Assembly (NCBI GenBank): GCA_964491475.1
Contig: CAZBFO010000001.1
Coordinates: 110,720-174,719, forward strand
Length of the DNA: 64,000 bases
Source: an uncultured Gammaproteobacteria bacterium
Lineage (GTDB): Bacteria; Patescibacteriota; Patescibacteriia; SG8-24
Direction of reading: 5' to 3'
Shown here: one piece after another, positions 1-9,836 of the stretch
Numbering within the stretch: position 1 is the first letter of the stretch
Layout: each line of letters begins with the position of its first letter
The notes under the pieces: generated by a model
What the model saw: the letters and a program-made list of their open reading frames with translations, nothing else
Database searches by the model: none
What the model was told of the DNA's origin: nothing
Position numbers and translations under genes: made by a program

Positions 1-241
1 GTCCTGCACGTAGCTTTTGATGGTGATGTCGCTGCCCTTGTGGACGCCGAGATGCAAGTGCTTGCGCTCGCCGTCAGTCTCGCGGGAAAAGCGGTCCCGA
101 GGAGTCCGAGCTGCTGACCGCGTTTGAGAACGTCGCCGACGTCGGCGGCCGCGATGAGAACCGCAAGGAATACGAGATGACGAAAGCCAAACCCACGACC
201 GCCGCGGCGACGGCCAACGCCTTGTGATGGAGATGTTTCAT
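1..241 (-). pseudogene. Degraded M23-family peptidase (internal deletion plus frameshifts), running off the window edge
   Basis: The N-terminal TM segment MKHLHHKALAVAAAVVGLAFV stops at 74. Two other frames carry M23 C-terminal motifs: ADVGDVLKRGQQLGLLGTAF and SRETDGERKHLHLGVHKG (HxH). The middle of the domain is missing. Confidence 0.6.
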
Positions 242-281
242 GCCGTCAGTGTAGCAGAAACGGCCCGCTGGCGCGGCCGGA

Positions 282-1520
282 CTAGTCGGAGGCGGCGCTT
301 TCGCCGGCCAACCGTCCGGTAGCCCACGACGCCTGCAGGTTGAAGCCGCCGGTAAAACCGTCCACGTCGAGAATTTCCCCGGCAAAGTACAAACCGGGGC
401 AGATGCGCGACTCCATGGTGCTTGGATTGACTCCCTTGAGTTCCACCCCGCCGGCAGTCACGAACTCGTCGCCTGCACCGCGGGAAACTACGGTCAGCGG
501 AATGCCCTTGAGCCAGGCACAGCATCGCATGATGTCCTTGTGCGCGACTTCGGCCGCATGTACGGTGCCGTCCACGCGCAGTTCGCGGCCGAGGATTTCG
601 GCCAGCGACTTCGGCACGGTCATGGCGATGACGTTGATGATGCCCTTCTTGGGATTCTCGGCGATCCGGCCCTTGACGCGCTCGGCCAGCGCGTCGACGG
701 TGGCGTCGGGAAACAGGTCGATGGCGATTTCGAGCGGCCGTGCGGCGTCGTAACGCTCGAAGGCTACCAGCGATGACAGCGCGAATACGGCGGGACCGCT
801 GACGCCGCGATGGGTGAACAGGAACGGTCCGGTGAACGACGGGCTGCCGCCGCGCTTGGCGGTGATGGTGGCGCTTTGGAACGACAGGCCGGAGATGTCC
901 GCCACCCAGCGTTCTCGCGTGCCGAAGGAGTTGAGGCTTGGTGCCAGCGCGGTGATGGTATGCCCCAGCGACATGGCAAAAGCGTAGCCGTCGCCGGTGG
1001 AACCGGTGGCGCGGTAAGCCTGGCCGCCGGTGGTCAGCACCACCTTGTCAACGGCCAGCGGCGCGTCGCTGCCGCGGAAGAAGATCGAGAAACCGTCGGC
1101 GCCTTTCTCTATCCTCGCCACGTGGGTGTTGAGCAGCACGCGCGTGCCGTTTTCTTGGAACAGCTTTTCGAACGCGCCGACCACGTCGTGGCCGTCGTCC
1201 GATTGCGGAAAGACGCGCATGTCATCTTGGGTTTTGAGCGGCACGCCGTGCGACTCGAACCAGTCGTAGACGGCCTGCGGCGGGAACTGGTGCATGGCCT
1301 TGGCCAGGAACTTGCTGCCGCGCGGATACTTGGTCAGCACCGTCTTGACGTCCGTGATGCCGGTGGTGACGTTGCAGCGTCCGCCGCCCGAGATGATGAC
1401 CTTCTTGCCGAGGCCGTCGTTGCGCTCGATCACGAAAACGTCGATCGAGGGATCGGTTTCGCGCGCTGCCGCTGCGGTCATGAGTCCGGCGGCTCCTCCG
1501 CCGATGACGGCCACTTTCAT
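282..1520 (-). CDS. HI0933/YhiN (BaiN)-family flavoprotein, NAD(P)/FAD-dependent oxidoreductase
   Basis: GGGAAG FAD motif, GKKVIISGGGRCNVT, TGSTGDG, FTHRGVSGP and GEILDVDGFTGGFNLQ. Confidence 0.92.
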   Translation of the reverse strand: MKVAVIGGGAAGLMTAAAARETDPSIDVFVIERNDGLGKKVIISGGGRCNVTTGITDVKTVLTKYPRGSKFLAKAMHQFPPQAVYDWFESHGVPLKTQDDMRVFPQSDDGHDVVGAFEKLFQENGTRVLLNTHVARIEKGADGFSIFFRGSDAPLAVDKVVLTTGGQAYRATGSTGDGYAFAMSLGHTITALAPSLNSFGTRERWVADISGLSFQSATITAKRGGSPSFTGPFLFTHRGVSGPAVFALSSLVAFERYDAARPLEIAIDLFPDATVDALAERVKGRIAENPKKGIINVIAMTVPKSLAEILGRELRVDGTVHAAEVAHKDIMRCCAWLKGIPLTVVSRGAGDEFVTAGGVELKGVNPSTMESRICPGLYFAGEILDVDGFTGGFNLQASWATGRLAGESAASD

Positions 1521-1611
1521 AGGCTTTAGGTCTAGCATAAAAACGGGGTTTTGGATAGGGGAGCAGCCTCGCGTTTGACCTGGGTTCGCGGCGTGTACTA
1601 GGCTTCAGGGA

Positions 1612-2991
1612 ATGTCGCGCGCTTTCTTTGCGAGTACCCGCAAAAACGTCATCACCGCCTCATTCGGCGTTTTTTTGGTTGCGGCGCTCGCTGCAGCGCA
1701 CGTTTTTGCGCCGTTGACGGTCCGCGCCGAGGGGGCCATGGACGCGGCCAACCTCAATGCCGCCGAGAAGCGGCAGCAGCTGGATGCCGTCAAGGAACAT
1801 TTGGGGCAACTGCAGGCCAAAAGGGCCGCGCTCATGAGCGCCGACGCCGCAAACGACGACTTGGGCCCCCTGCCCGACAGGAACGGCCAGTACGACAAGG
1901 CCGCAGCAGTCGCGGCGGCGGAGAACGCGCCGCCGGACGTCTACATGCTGGGGACCATCGAGCGCATCAGCCAAGGTCAGGACCAAGAAGTGGGCGGCGT
2001 GACGGAAAAGCAGAAGACGTTCTCGGTGCGCATCACCGGCGGTGCGGAGAAAGGCCGGCTGGTCACGGTGCGTGAGAGCGAATTGGACATCACCGGCCAG
2101 AACCGGCCGTTGGCCGCGGGTGATCGCGTCATCGTCGTCAAGAATTACCAGGACGGCTCCAACTTCGCCTATTACGTCGCCGATAACTACCGCATACCGT
2201 CGATGGCGCTGATGGCCCTGCTGTTCTTCGGGCTGGCGGTGCTGTTCGGCCGGCTGCGCGGCTTCACCTCGATGTTCGGGTTGGCCGTGACGGTCGGGGT
2301 GATCGTCTGGTACGTGGTGCCGCAGGTGAGCGCCGGTAAAAATCCGCTGACCGTCTGCGTGATCGGCGCGTTCGTCATCGCCGCCACCTCGCTGTACCTG
2401 GCGCACGGCTTCAACACGCGCACCACCATCGCGTTCGTGGGCACCTGTCTGACGCTGGGGTTCTCGTCGTGGATGGCGGTGCGCTTCGTCGGCTGGGCTC
2501 ACCTGTTCGGCACGGGCAGCGAAGACGCGCTGTTCCTCCAGGGAACGGGATTCGACCATCTCGATCTTCGCGGTTTGCTGTTGGGCGGCATCATCCTGGG
2601 CGTGCTGGGCATTCTCGACGACATCACCACTGCGCAGTCCGCCATCGTGGAAGAACTCAAGCGGGCAAATCCGCGGTTCGGATTCGCCGATTTGTATCGC
2701 CGCGGATTGTCGGTCGGACGGGAACACATCGCCTCGCTCATCAATACCTTGTTCCTGGCATACGCCGGCGCCTCGCTGCCGCTGTTCCTGCTGTTCAGCG
2801 CCAACAAGGGGCAGCCGCTCTGGTTCGTGCTGAACGGCGAGACCATTTCGGAAGAGATCGTGCGCACGCTGGTCGGCAGCATCTGCCTGATACTGGCGGT
2901 GCCGGTCACCACGGCGCTGGCCGCCTCGTACTTCAGCGAGCGACAGCCCAAGCCCGACGCTCACGGAGGCGGGCACGCGCATCATCATTAG
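1612..2991 (+). CDS. YibE/F-family multi-pass membrane protein
   Basis: LLGGIILGVLGILDDITTAQ, VGREHIASLINTLFLAYAGASLP and EEIVRTLVGSI motifs; His-rich C-terminus. Confidence 0.88.
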   Translation: MSRAFFASTRKNVITASFGVFLVAALAAAHVFAPLTVRAEGAMDAANLNAAEKRQQLDAVKEHLGQLQAKRAALMSADAANDDLGPLPDRNGQYDKAAAVAAAENAPPDVYMLGTIERISQGQDQEVGGVTEKQKTFSVRITGGAEKGRLVTVRESELDITGQNRPLAAGDRVIVVKNYQDGSNFAYYVADNYRIPSMALMALLFFGLAVLFGRLRGFTSMFGLAVTVGVIVWYVVPQVSAGKNPLTVCVIGAFVIAATSLYLAHGFNTRTTIAFVGTCLTLGFSSWMAVRFVGWAHLFGTGSEDALFLQGTGFDHLDLRGLLLGGIILGVLGILDDITTAQSAIVEELKRANPRFGFADLYRRGLSVGREHIASLINTLFLAYAGASLPLFLLFSANKGQPLWFVLNGETISEEIVRTLVGSICLILAVPVTTALAASYFSERQPKPDAHGGGHAHHH

Positions 2992-3046
2992 CAAAGGCGG
3001 CCTCCGGGCCGTTTTTTGCGCGCAGCATTCGTGCTACACTGCGGTC

Positions 3047-4687
3047 ATGAGCACCATCGAAGACCTGGGCAAAATCCTGCGAGGAGAGGTGCTTGCGGAT
3101 GACGCCACGCTGACGACGTATTCCCACGACGCCAGCCTGTTTGAGATTCGCCCGTCGGTGGTGGCCTTTCCCAAGGACGCCGAGGATGTCGGGGCGCTGG
3201 TGCGGTACGTCGCGGAGCATCGCGATACGGGCATGTCGGTCACCGCGCGTTCTGCCGGCACGGACATGACCGGCGGAGCCCTGTCCGAATCGGTCATCAT
3301 CGACTTCACCAAGCACTTCGATCGGATCATCCGCGTGGGCGACGGCGAGGCGGTCACGCAGCCCGGCGTGTTCTACCGCGACTTCGAAAAGGCCACGCTG
3401 GCCCAGGGGCTGCTGCTGCCGTCATACCCGGCCTCGCGCGAGATCTGCACCGTCGGCGGCATGGCGGCAAACAATTCGGGCGGCGAAAAGTCGCTGCGTT
3501 TCGGAAAGACCGCGCGGTACGTCAAGCATCTCAAGGTGGTGCTGCGCGATGGCAAGGAATACGGCTTCGGCCCGCTGAACAGGCAGCAGCTGGATGCCAA
3601 GCTGGCCCAGCACGATCTCGAGGGCGAACTCCATCGACAGATGTTCGCGCTGGTGGACGGCAACGCCGAACTGCTGCGCAAGGCCAAGCCGAACGTCTCC
3701 AAGAACTCCGCCGGTTACGGGCTGTGGGACGTCTGGGACGGCACCACCTTCGACCTCACCAAGGCGCTGGTCGGTTCGCAGGGCACGCTCGGAATCATCA
3801 CGGAAATCACCTACCGCCTGGTGCACAAGAAACCGCATGCCAAGCTGCTGGTCATTTTCCTGAAAGACCTGGCGCCGCTGCCCGGCGTGGTCAATGCGGT
3901 GCTCAAGCACGAGCCGGAGTCGTTCGAGTCCTACGACGACCACACCATGAAGTTCGCCTTCCGCTACTTCGGCGACATCGTCAAGACCATGGGCACGGGG
4001 GCGCTTTCGTTGGCGTTCCGTTTTCTGCCGGAAGCGTGGATGGTGGCGACGCGCGGCTTTCCCAAGCTGGTGATGCTGGCGGAATTCACCGGCGATACCG
4101 AAGAGGAAGTCGACGCTGCCATTTCCGCCGCTGCGGCGGACGTGGCGCCGTTCGGCCTGCCGACGCGCGTCACCAAGACCGAGGCGGAAGCGGCCAAGTA
4201 CTGGGTGATGCGCCGCGAGAGCTTCAACCTGCTGCGCCGGCATTTCAAGAAGATGCAGACCGCGCCGTTCATCGACGACTTCTGCGTGCGGCCCGAACAG
4301 CTGCCGGAGTTCCTGCCCAAGCTGTACGCGGCGCTCGACAAGTACAAGCTGCTGCTGACGGTCGTCGGTCACGTCGGCGACGCCAACTTCCACATCATTC
4401 CCATCATGGACCTGGCCGACCCGCGCACGGCCGAAATCATCGAGAAGCTTTCCAAGGAGGTGTACGACCTGGTGTTCAGCTATGGCGGCTCGATGACCGG
4501 CGAGCACAACGACGGCCTGGTACGGGGACCGTTCTTGCGGCAGATGTTCGGCGATCAGGTCTACGCCCTGTTCGAGGAGACCAAACGCGTCTTCGATCCC
4601 GACGCCATCTTCAATCCGGGCAAAAAGGTAGGCGCCTCGTTGCCTTACGCGATGGCGCACCTGAAGGGTCGCGCCAAACAGACGTGA
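3047..4687 (+). CDS. FAD-linked oxidase (GlcD/D-lactate dehydrogenase-like)
   Basis: RSAGTDMTGG, CTVGGMAANNSGG, GSQGTLGII, GHVGDANFH, GSMTGEHNDG and FDPDAIFNPGK. Confidence 0.88.
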   Translation: MSTIEDLGKILRGEVLADDATLTTYSHDASLFEIRPSVVAFPKDAEDVGALVRYVAEHRDTGMSVTARSAGTDMTGGALSESVIIDFTKHFDRIIRVGDGEAVTQPGVFYRDFEKATLAQGLLLPSYPASREICTVGGMAANNSGGEKSLRFGKTARYVKHLKVVLRDGKEYGFGPLNRQQLDAKLAQHDLEGELHRQMFALVDGNAELLRKAKPNVSKNSAGYGLWDVWDGTTFDLTKALVGSQGTLGIITEITYRLVHKKPHAKLLVIFLKDLAPLPGVVNAVLKHEPESFESYDDHTMKFAFRYFGDIVKTMGTGALSLAFRFLPEAWMVATRGFPKLVMLAEFTGDTEEEVDAAISAAAADVAPFGLPTRVTKTEAEAAKYWVMRRESFNLLRRHFKKMQTAPFIDDFCVRPEQLPEFLPKLYAALDKYKLLLTVVGHVGDANFHIIPIMDLADPRTAEIIEKLSKEVYDLVFSYGGSMTGEHNDGLVRGPFLRQMFGDQVYALFEETKRVFDPDAIFNPGKKVGASLPYAMAHLKGRAKQT

Positions 4688-4718
4688 CGAAGTCGTGGCC
4701 GTATTAAGCTTGGCGCAT

Positions 4719-6101
4719 ATGAAGAAGACGTTTCCCGTTGCCATCGTCGGTTTCCTGCTGCTGGCCGCCATCGGCGCGTATTTTCTTGCGAAAATGAGCG
4801 CGAAGCTCCCGATCACGAAGGCACCGCCGACCGAATGGCCCATCATCGATTCGACCAAGAGCGCACCGACCATGCCGGGCGGCGGCGGCAGCGTCCCGTC
4901 GGAAGCGGGCGGCACGCCGTCGGTCAACGCGCCGGAGAACCAGCTGCAGGCCCAGGAACAGACGGAGGAAACGCACGTGGTGTCACCCGTCATCGAGCAG
5001 TATTGGCCGGAGGCGTCGGTGAACCTGACCGGAGGGACGCTTGGCAACCAGCGCGTACCCTTTACTGACGGCATCGGCGACATCCATCAGGTGCTCTTCC
5101 ATCTGCCCAGCTACACCTTGTTCATGGCCGTCACCGAACCGAACGGCATGCGTTCCGTCTGGCAGATGCATGAGAACCGCAAACCGGAGCGCGTCTTTGC
5201 CGGCACCGACGCCAAGGGCGACCTGGTGCTCTTCCAGACCTCGGACGGCACCGTGTACGTGCAGATGGACAACCCTTGCAGCCTGTACCGCTCGGGCGAC
5301 GGCCTCAAGTCATGGCACTTGGTGTCGCGCGACGCCTGCATGTTCTGGTCCATGGCCGACGACGGCAAAGGCAACGTCTACGCCACCATCCATAACTGGA
5401 ACGAGGCGACGTTGTGGCGCAGCCCCGACGACGGCTTTTCGTGGGAGCGGTGGAAGGACTTTCAGCAGCTGTTTCCGGAATACGCCGTCACTTACGCCGA
5501 AAACGACGACCGCATGAAGCTGCGTCACCTGCACGACGTGCTCTACGACCAGCAGAGCGGCACCCTCGTGGTCGGTACCGGCGACGTCGCCCGTTATGCC
5601 TTCGCCTCGCAGGATGACGGGCAAACTTGGATGCGCATTTGGGACGAGGGATTTACCAGCCACGTGGCCATGTCGGGCGGCGACCGGTTCTTGCTGGGTC
5701 CGGACCAGCTGCATAATCACGGCATCGGCCTATACGACGTCAAAAAGGGGACCACCAAGGAGGTGTGGAACCCGCGCCCGTACGGCTACGCCGGCTATGT
5801 CTACAGCATGGCCAACGTCGATGGCATCTATTACGCGGCCGTGCACACCGAGGCCAATGAGGTGGATTCCATCGTCCCCAAGTTCGGCATCATCACCTCT
5901 CCGGACGGCCTGCGCTGGTACCGCTTCCTCGAATGGGGTCCGTTGGGCAACCACGCCCGCACTGACATCTGGATTACCCCGGCGCCCGGGATCATCTACG
6001 CCAGCATCAACGGCAGTCTTTACGCCTTCCGGCCGCTCGACAAGGCCTGGTTCAGCGACAAGGAACCGTTCGATGATACGCACCCGACCCAGGGTCACTG
6101 A
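4719..6101 (+). CDS. Membrane-anchored Asp-box/BNR beta-propeller protein (sialidase-like fold)
   Basis: N-terminal TM helix, Pro/Gly linker and repeated S-x-D-x-G-x-T/S-W boxes (YRSGDGLKSW, WRSPDDGFSW, FASQDDGQTW). Confidence 0.7.
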   Translation: MKKTFPVAIVGFLLLAAIGAYFLAKMSAKLPITKAPPTEWPIIDSTKSAPTMPGGGGSVPSEAGGTPSVNAPENQLQAQEQTEETHVVSPVIEQYWPEASVNLTGGTLGNQRVPFTDGIGDIHQVLFHLPSYTLFMAVTEPNGMRSVWQMHENRKPERVFAGTDAKGDLVLFQTSDGTVYVQMDNPCSLYRSGDGLKSWHLVSRDACMFWSMADDGKGNVYATIHNWNEATLWRSPDDGFSWERWKDFQQLFPEYAVTYAENDDRMKLRHLHDVLYDQQSGTLVVGTGDVARYAFASQDDGQTWMRIWDEGFTSHVAMSGGDRFLLGPDQLHNHGIGLYDVKKGTTKEVWNPRPYGYAGYVYSMANVDGIYYAAVHTEANEVDSIVPKFGIITSPDGLRWYRFLEWGPLGNHARTDIWITPAPGIIYASINGSLYAFRPLDKAWFSDKEPFDDTHPTQGH

Positions 6102-6157
6102 CCCTTGCCAAAAAACGAAAAAGGGGTTCAACTGGACGCAGCTCTTTTGGAGGCGTG

Positions 6158-6580
6158 ATGAAAGACAAGAAAACGGAATATCTGGACGCGTCTTACGAGG
6201 CACTGATCGAGCGCACGGCCAAGAACGAGCATTTGCGCGTCGACGACCTTCGCAACGGCGACGTGCTCACCGTGGTCACGCAGAACCACCGCTACGACTT
6301 CGCGGTGCTCGACCGCGCCGAGGGGCGCGTCCGCTTGACCAGCGATAATCCCCAGTACGCCGGACCGTACGAAGGGCACATCATCGGCAGCCTTTTGGCT
6401 TCCGGCGGTTCGTCCATCTACGCGGGCCGAGTGGTCATCGGCCTTTGCCTGGCGTTTGCCAGCCCCGCATTGCGCACGCCGGATGTGCTTCTTCCGGAGC
6501 TGTACCTCACGGCAACGCGCGAAATCCTGGTAAACGGCTTCCGCGTCCTGCCCACCGTCGCTGGCGGCACGAGGCAGTAA
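6158..6580 (+). CDS. Hypothetical protein
   Basis: GGAGG SD upstream, genome-like codon usage and a downstream hairpin with U-tract. Confidence 0.65.
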   Translation: MKDKKTEYLDASYEALIERTAKNEHLRVDDLRNGDVLTVVTQNHRYDFAVLDRAEGRVRLTSDNPQYAGPYEGHIIGSLLASGGSSIYAGRVVIGLCLAFASPALRTPDVLLPELYLTATREILVNGFRVLPTVAGGTRQ

Positions 6581-6662
6581 GACGTCCTGCACTGCAGGGC
6601 GCTTTTTTTATGCCGCGATTCGCGTATACTGAAGCGACTTCTCTCCCTAACTGCCCATCCCA

Positions 6663-6920
6663 ATGGCTCTCCTGGAATTCTACGGGACCGAGTGTCCGCA
6701 CTGCATTACCATGGCTCCGCTGATCGAGAAACTTCGCGCCGAAGGCTTCGTCGTTGAGCAGTTCGAAACCTGGCACGATGCCGCCAATGCCGCCAAACTG
6801 GCGGAATACGACCGCGGCCTGTGCGGCGGCGTGCCGTTTTTCTTCAACACCGAAAGCGGCAAGCACCTCTGCGGCGGCACCGACTACGACACCCTCAAGG
6901 CCTGGGCCGAAGGGAAGTGA
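6663..6920 (+). CDS. Small thioredoxin/glutaredoxin-like protein
   Basis: CPHC active site and GVP cis-Pro motif. Confidence 0.82.
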   Translation: MALLEFYGTECPHCITMAPLIEKLRAEGFVVEQFETWHDAANAAKLAEYDRGLCGGVPFFFNTESGKHLCGGTDYDTLKAWAEGK

Positions 6921-7018
6921 AAGCCTCTCCCGGCCCCGTATCCATTGACTGAAATTGACGGTTATCGTCTTCGGAAATTATACTGTGTGCATAACTCCAT
7001 TTGTGGATCATCATCACT

Positions 7019-7300
7019 ATGGCCAAAATGACCAAGGCTCAGATTCTCTCGGCTCTCGCCGACAAGACCGGCATGCAGAAGAAAGACGCCGCCGCTTTCA
7101 TGGACGCGCTTAACGCCCTCGCCCTCTCCGAGGTCAAGAAGAACGGCATGTTCTCGGTCGGCGACTTGGGCAAGCTGGTGAAGATGCACCGCAAGGCTCG
7201 TCAGGGTCGCAACCCGGCTACCGGCGCCACCATCCAGATTCCGGCCAAGACCGTGGTGAAGTTCCGCGTGGCCAAGGCCGCCAAGGACGCAGTGCTCTAA
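7019..7300 (+). CDS. hup: HU-family DNA-binding protein
   Basis: RKARQGRNPATGATIQIPAKTVVKFR signature; TTGACG-N18-TATACT promoter at 6955-6984. Confidence 0.93.
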   Translation: MAKMTKAQILSALADKTGMQKKDAAAFMDALNALALSEVKKNGMFSVGDLGKLVKMHRKARQGRNPATGATIQIPAKTVVKFRVAKAAKDAVL

Positions 7301-7316
7301 TCGCTTCCGCAATCAA

Positions 7317-7350
7317 AAACGCGGCTTCCGCAAGGGGCCGCGTTTCGTTT
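7317..7350. terminator. Intrinsic terminator between convergent genes
   Basis: AAACGCGGC...GCCGCGTTT stem with GCAA loop, flanked by A- and T-tracts. Confidence 0.75.
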
Positions 7351-7366
7351 TGGGCCGTCGGACGCC

Positions 7367-8161
7367 TCATTGCAGCGTGGAGAAGGCGAATCCTTCGGCC
7401 CGAAGCGCCGGAACGATCTTGCGCAGGGCATCCGTGGTTGCCGGAGCGTTGGGACCGCCCAGGTGCATCACTACCACGCTGCCGTCCTTCGCGCTGCTTA
7501 TCACTCGCCGGGCAATCCCGTCCGCATTGCGGTTGAAGGCATCGCCGGAAACCAGGTTGCCGTCGTTTATCCGCAGTCCCTGCGACGTGACGATGGCGTC
7601 GTCGTGGGCGTTCTTGCAGAGACCGGGGTAGCGGAACAGCGTCGGTGCCTTGCCGGTCAGGCGTGTGAGTATCGACTGCGTCTCGGAGACTTCGGCACGG
7701 CGCTGATCGTCGGTCTTCAGCTCGTTGAGGCCGTAGCAGGGGAACTCGAAGCCGGAATGGTCATAGCTGTGATTCTGCAGCGAGAAACGATCGTCTTTCG
7801 CCAGGCCGGCAATGAGCGACTGGTACGTCTCGGCGAACATGCCGGTGACGAAGATGGTCGCATGTACGTCTTCCTGGCGAAGGTAGGCGATGAGGGCAGG
7901 GTCGTACCAGGCGCGGACTTTCTTTTCCTCGAGGCGCTTTTTCATCGAGGGCGTCATGTCGGCGTCGAAAGTCAGGTAGACCGTTTTGTTGGCGGCATTT
8001 GAGGACGCCACTTTTTGCGGCGCGTCGGCAGCCACGGGCAATTCGGATTTTCCGAATTGCAGCCCGGCCAGCGGGGAATGCCCGTCGGTGCAGCCAAAAC
8101 CGGCCACGCAAAGGACCGTGACCACGAAAGCGGCGAGTGACGATGCCCTGGGGTAAGTCAT
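7367..8161 (-). CDS. Polysaccharide deacetylase (NodB/CE4), probably a lipoprotein
   Basis: YLTFDAD, NHSYDH, FRYPG and VVMH motifs; signal peptide ending GFGC. Confidence 0.85.
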   Translation of the reverse strand: MTYPRASSLAAFVVTVLCVAGFGCTDGHSPLAGLQFGKSELPVAADAPQKVASSNAANKTVYLTFDADMTPSMKKRLEEKKVRAWYDPALIAYLRQEDVHATIFVTGMFAETYQSLIAGLAKDDRFSLQNHSYDHSGFEFPCYGLNELKTDDQRRAEVSETQSILTRLTGKAPTLFRYPGLCKNAHDDAIVTSQGLRINDGNLVSGDAFNRNADGIARRVISSAKDGSVVVMHLGGPNAPATTDALRKIVPALRAEGFAFSTLQ

Positions 8162-8307
8162 GTGCAGACCATCTTTGCATGGCCGGCGAACGACGGCAAC
8201 GACCTGGCCGCTCCGCGACCTTCAAAATGCCATAATTTGGCTAAAAAAAGGCAAACTGTGGACGATGCACGTTGCTGGAAAACGGTTTTTTCGTTATACC
8301 GAACAAT

Positions 8308-9780
8308 ATGTTTTCCAAGCGCCTTGTCACCGTTGCCGCCATTCTCCTTTCCGTCGCTTTCGTCCTGCCTGCAGCCGCGCAAACGGCGCCAATCGACGAT
8401 TCGACGCCTGCGACGACCGTACAGTCGCCCCAAAAGATGACCGTTCTGGATGCCGTGCATAGGGGCAAGGCGATGCTGAACGCCATTCTTGCCGATGGGC
8501 TGAAGACTCGAAAGCAGCCCTACGCGGTGTCGAACGCCTCGACTGCCAAGATTACCCTGGCGGTTTGGAACCGCGCCACCGATGTCATCGATATCGTAGG
8601 TGCCGACAAATACGGCGACAGCCTGAAAATCACCTCCGGACCCAAGCTGCCGATCAGCGTCAGCTACAGCGCCAAGTTGGCGTCGCAGTATTCTCTGCCG
8701 CCCGAATCCGACAGCCTGGTTGTCGGCGTGATCTATCCGGTCACTTCCAAGAACGTCATTTCGAGGAAAAAGGTGACCTATTCGGCAGTCGACACGGTTT
8801 ACGTTCCTTATGACTCCGCCTTCTATACCCCGCAGATGCTCTCCGCCGGTTCGGACTACCTGTCATTCCTCATCCAGGACGCCTATGACGAACTGCGCGC
8901 AAAGGGCATCAAGTCGCGGGCGTACCCCGACAAGCTTCTGGCGGACGTCGTGGACCCTTACCTAGTGAAGTCCATTGCCGTCATCGAGCATAGCGATACC
9001 TATTCGCTGACCAAGCAGGACGACCAGGACCGGGCCATCGGGCGGTTCCTGATCAAGCTTGCCACCAACGAGGAAGAAACCTTCCGTGCCTCCGTGTCGA
9101 CTGCCGGCGCGCAGGGACTGGTGCAGTTTATTCCCTCCACCTATGCCTTGATGGTACGCACTCGTCCGGACCTGGGGCTGATCAAGGATTTCCACGCCGG
9201 AATGGCCGATCACAAGAATGCCGTGAAGGCACAGGTCGCCTATATCGACAGCGACTTGGCGGGCATGCCGCTCGTGAAGCAGCTGTACTTGACCGACAAG
9301 GCCAAGGCCGCGGAATACCTTGCCGCTTCCTACAACGGCGGTTCAACGCGCGTCATACGTGCTTATACGGCCTTCGGTGACGATTGGCAGGCCTCGCGTC
9401 GGACGCAACTGAATGCCGCCGACAGCAAGCAGGCGGGGCTCAAATCGCGCATCTTGGCCTTGCTGGCGCAGATCAACAAAGGCAAGGACGTGAAGGCCAA
9501 CAAAGCCACGGTCGCTAAGCTGCGAAGCCAGCGTGCCGATGCGCTTTCCGCGATTGCTTCGCTAAAGAAGGCTTCGCTCAAGGAGGAGACCGTCGGCTAC
9601 GTCGCCAAGCTCAAGCACGCCTACGCCATGTTCACTGCCGGGTACTTTGCCACGCCGAGCGCGCCTTCCGGGGCGCTGCCAGCGGTGGCCGTGACGCCAC
9701 CGTCTTCGGCAACGGCTCCCGTAGCCGCAGGCAGCAGCCAAGTCTGCTTCGGCGACGGCGCCTGCGCCATAGCGCAGTAG
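8308..9780 (+). CDS. Exported protein with a lytic transglycosylase (SLT)-like domain
   Basis: Signal peptide; IAVIE (candidate catalytic Glu), STAGAQGLVQFIPSTY and AASYNGG motifs; coiled-coil insert. Confidence 0.7.
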   Translation: MFSKRLVTVAAILLSVAFVLPAAAQTAPIDDSTPATTVQSPQKMTVLDAVHRGKAMLNAILADGLKTRKQPYAVSNASTAKITLAVWNRATDVIDIVGADKYGDSLKITSGPKLPISVSYSAKLASQYSLPPESDSLVVGVIYPVTSKNVISRKKVTYSAVDTVYVPYDSAFYTPQMLSAGSDYLSFLIQDAYDELRAKGIKSRAYPDKLLADVVDPYLVKSIAVIEHSDTYSLTKQDDQDRAIGRFLIKLATNEEETFRASVSTAGAQGLVQFIPSTYALMVRTRPDLGLIKDFHAGMADHKNAVKAQVAYIDSDLAGMPLVKQLYLTDKAKAAEYLAASYNGGSTRVIRAYTAFGDDWQASRRTQLNAADSKQAGLKSRILALLAQINKGKDVKANKATVAKLRSQRADALSAIASLKKASLKEETVGYVAKLKHAYAMFTAGYFATPSAPSGALPAVAVTPPSSATAPVAAGSSQVCFGDGACAIAQ

Positions 9781-9798
9781 CAGGCGGCCGATTGCGAC

Positions 9799-9833
9799 AA
9801 AAAAAGACCGGCCCCGCGTTGGGGCCGGTTTTT
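9799..9833. terminator. Bidirectional intrinsic terminator
   Basis: A-tract, ACCGGCCCC-GCGTT-GGGGCCGGT stem-loop, T-tract; lies between convergent genes. Confidence 0.8.
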
Positions 9834-9836
9834 GCG

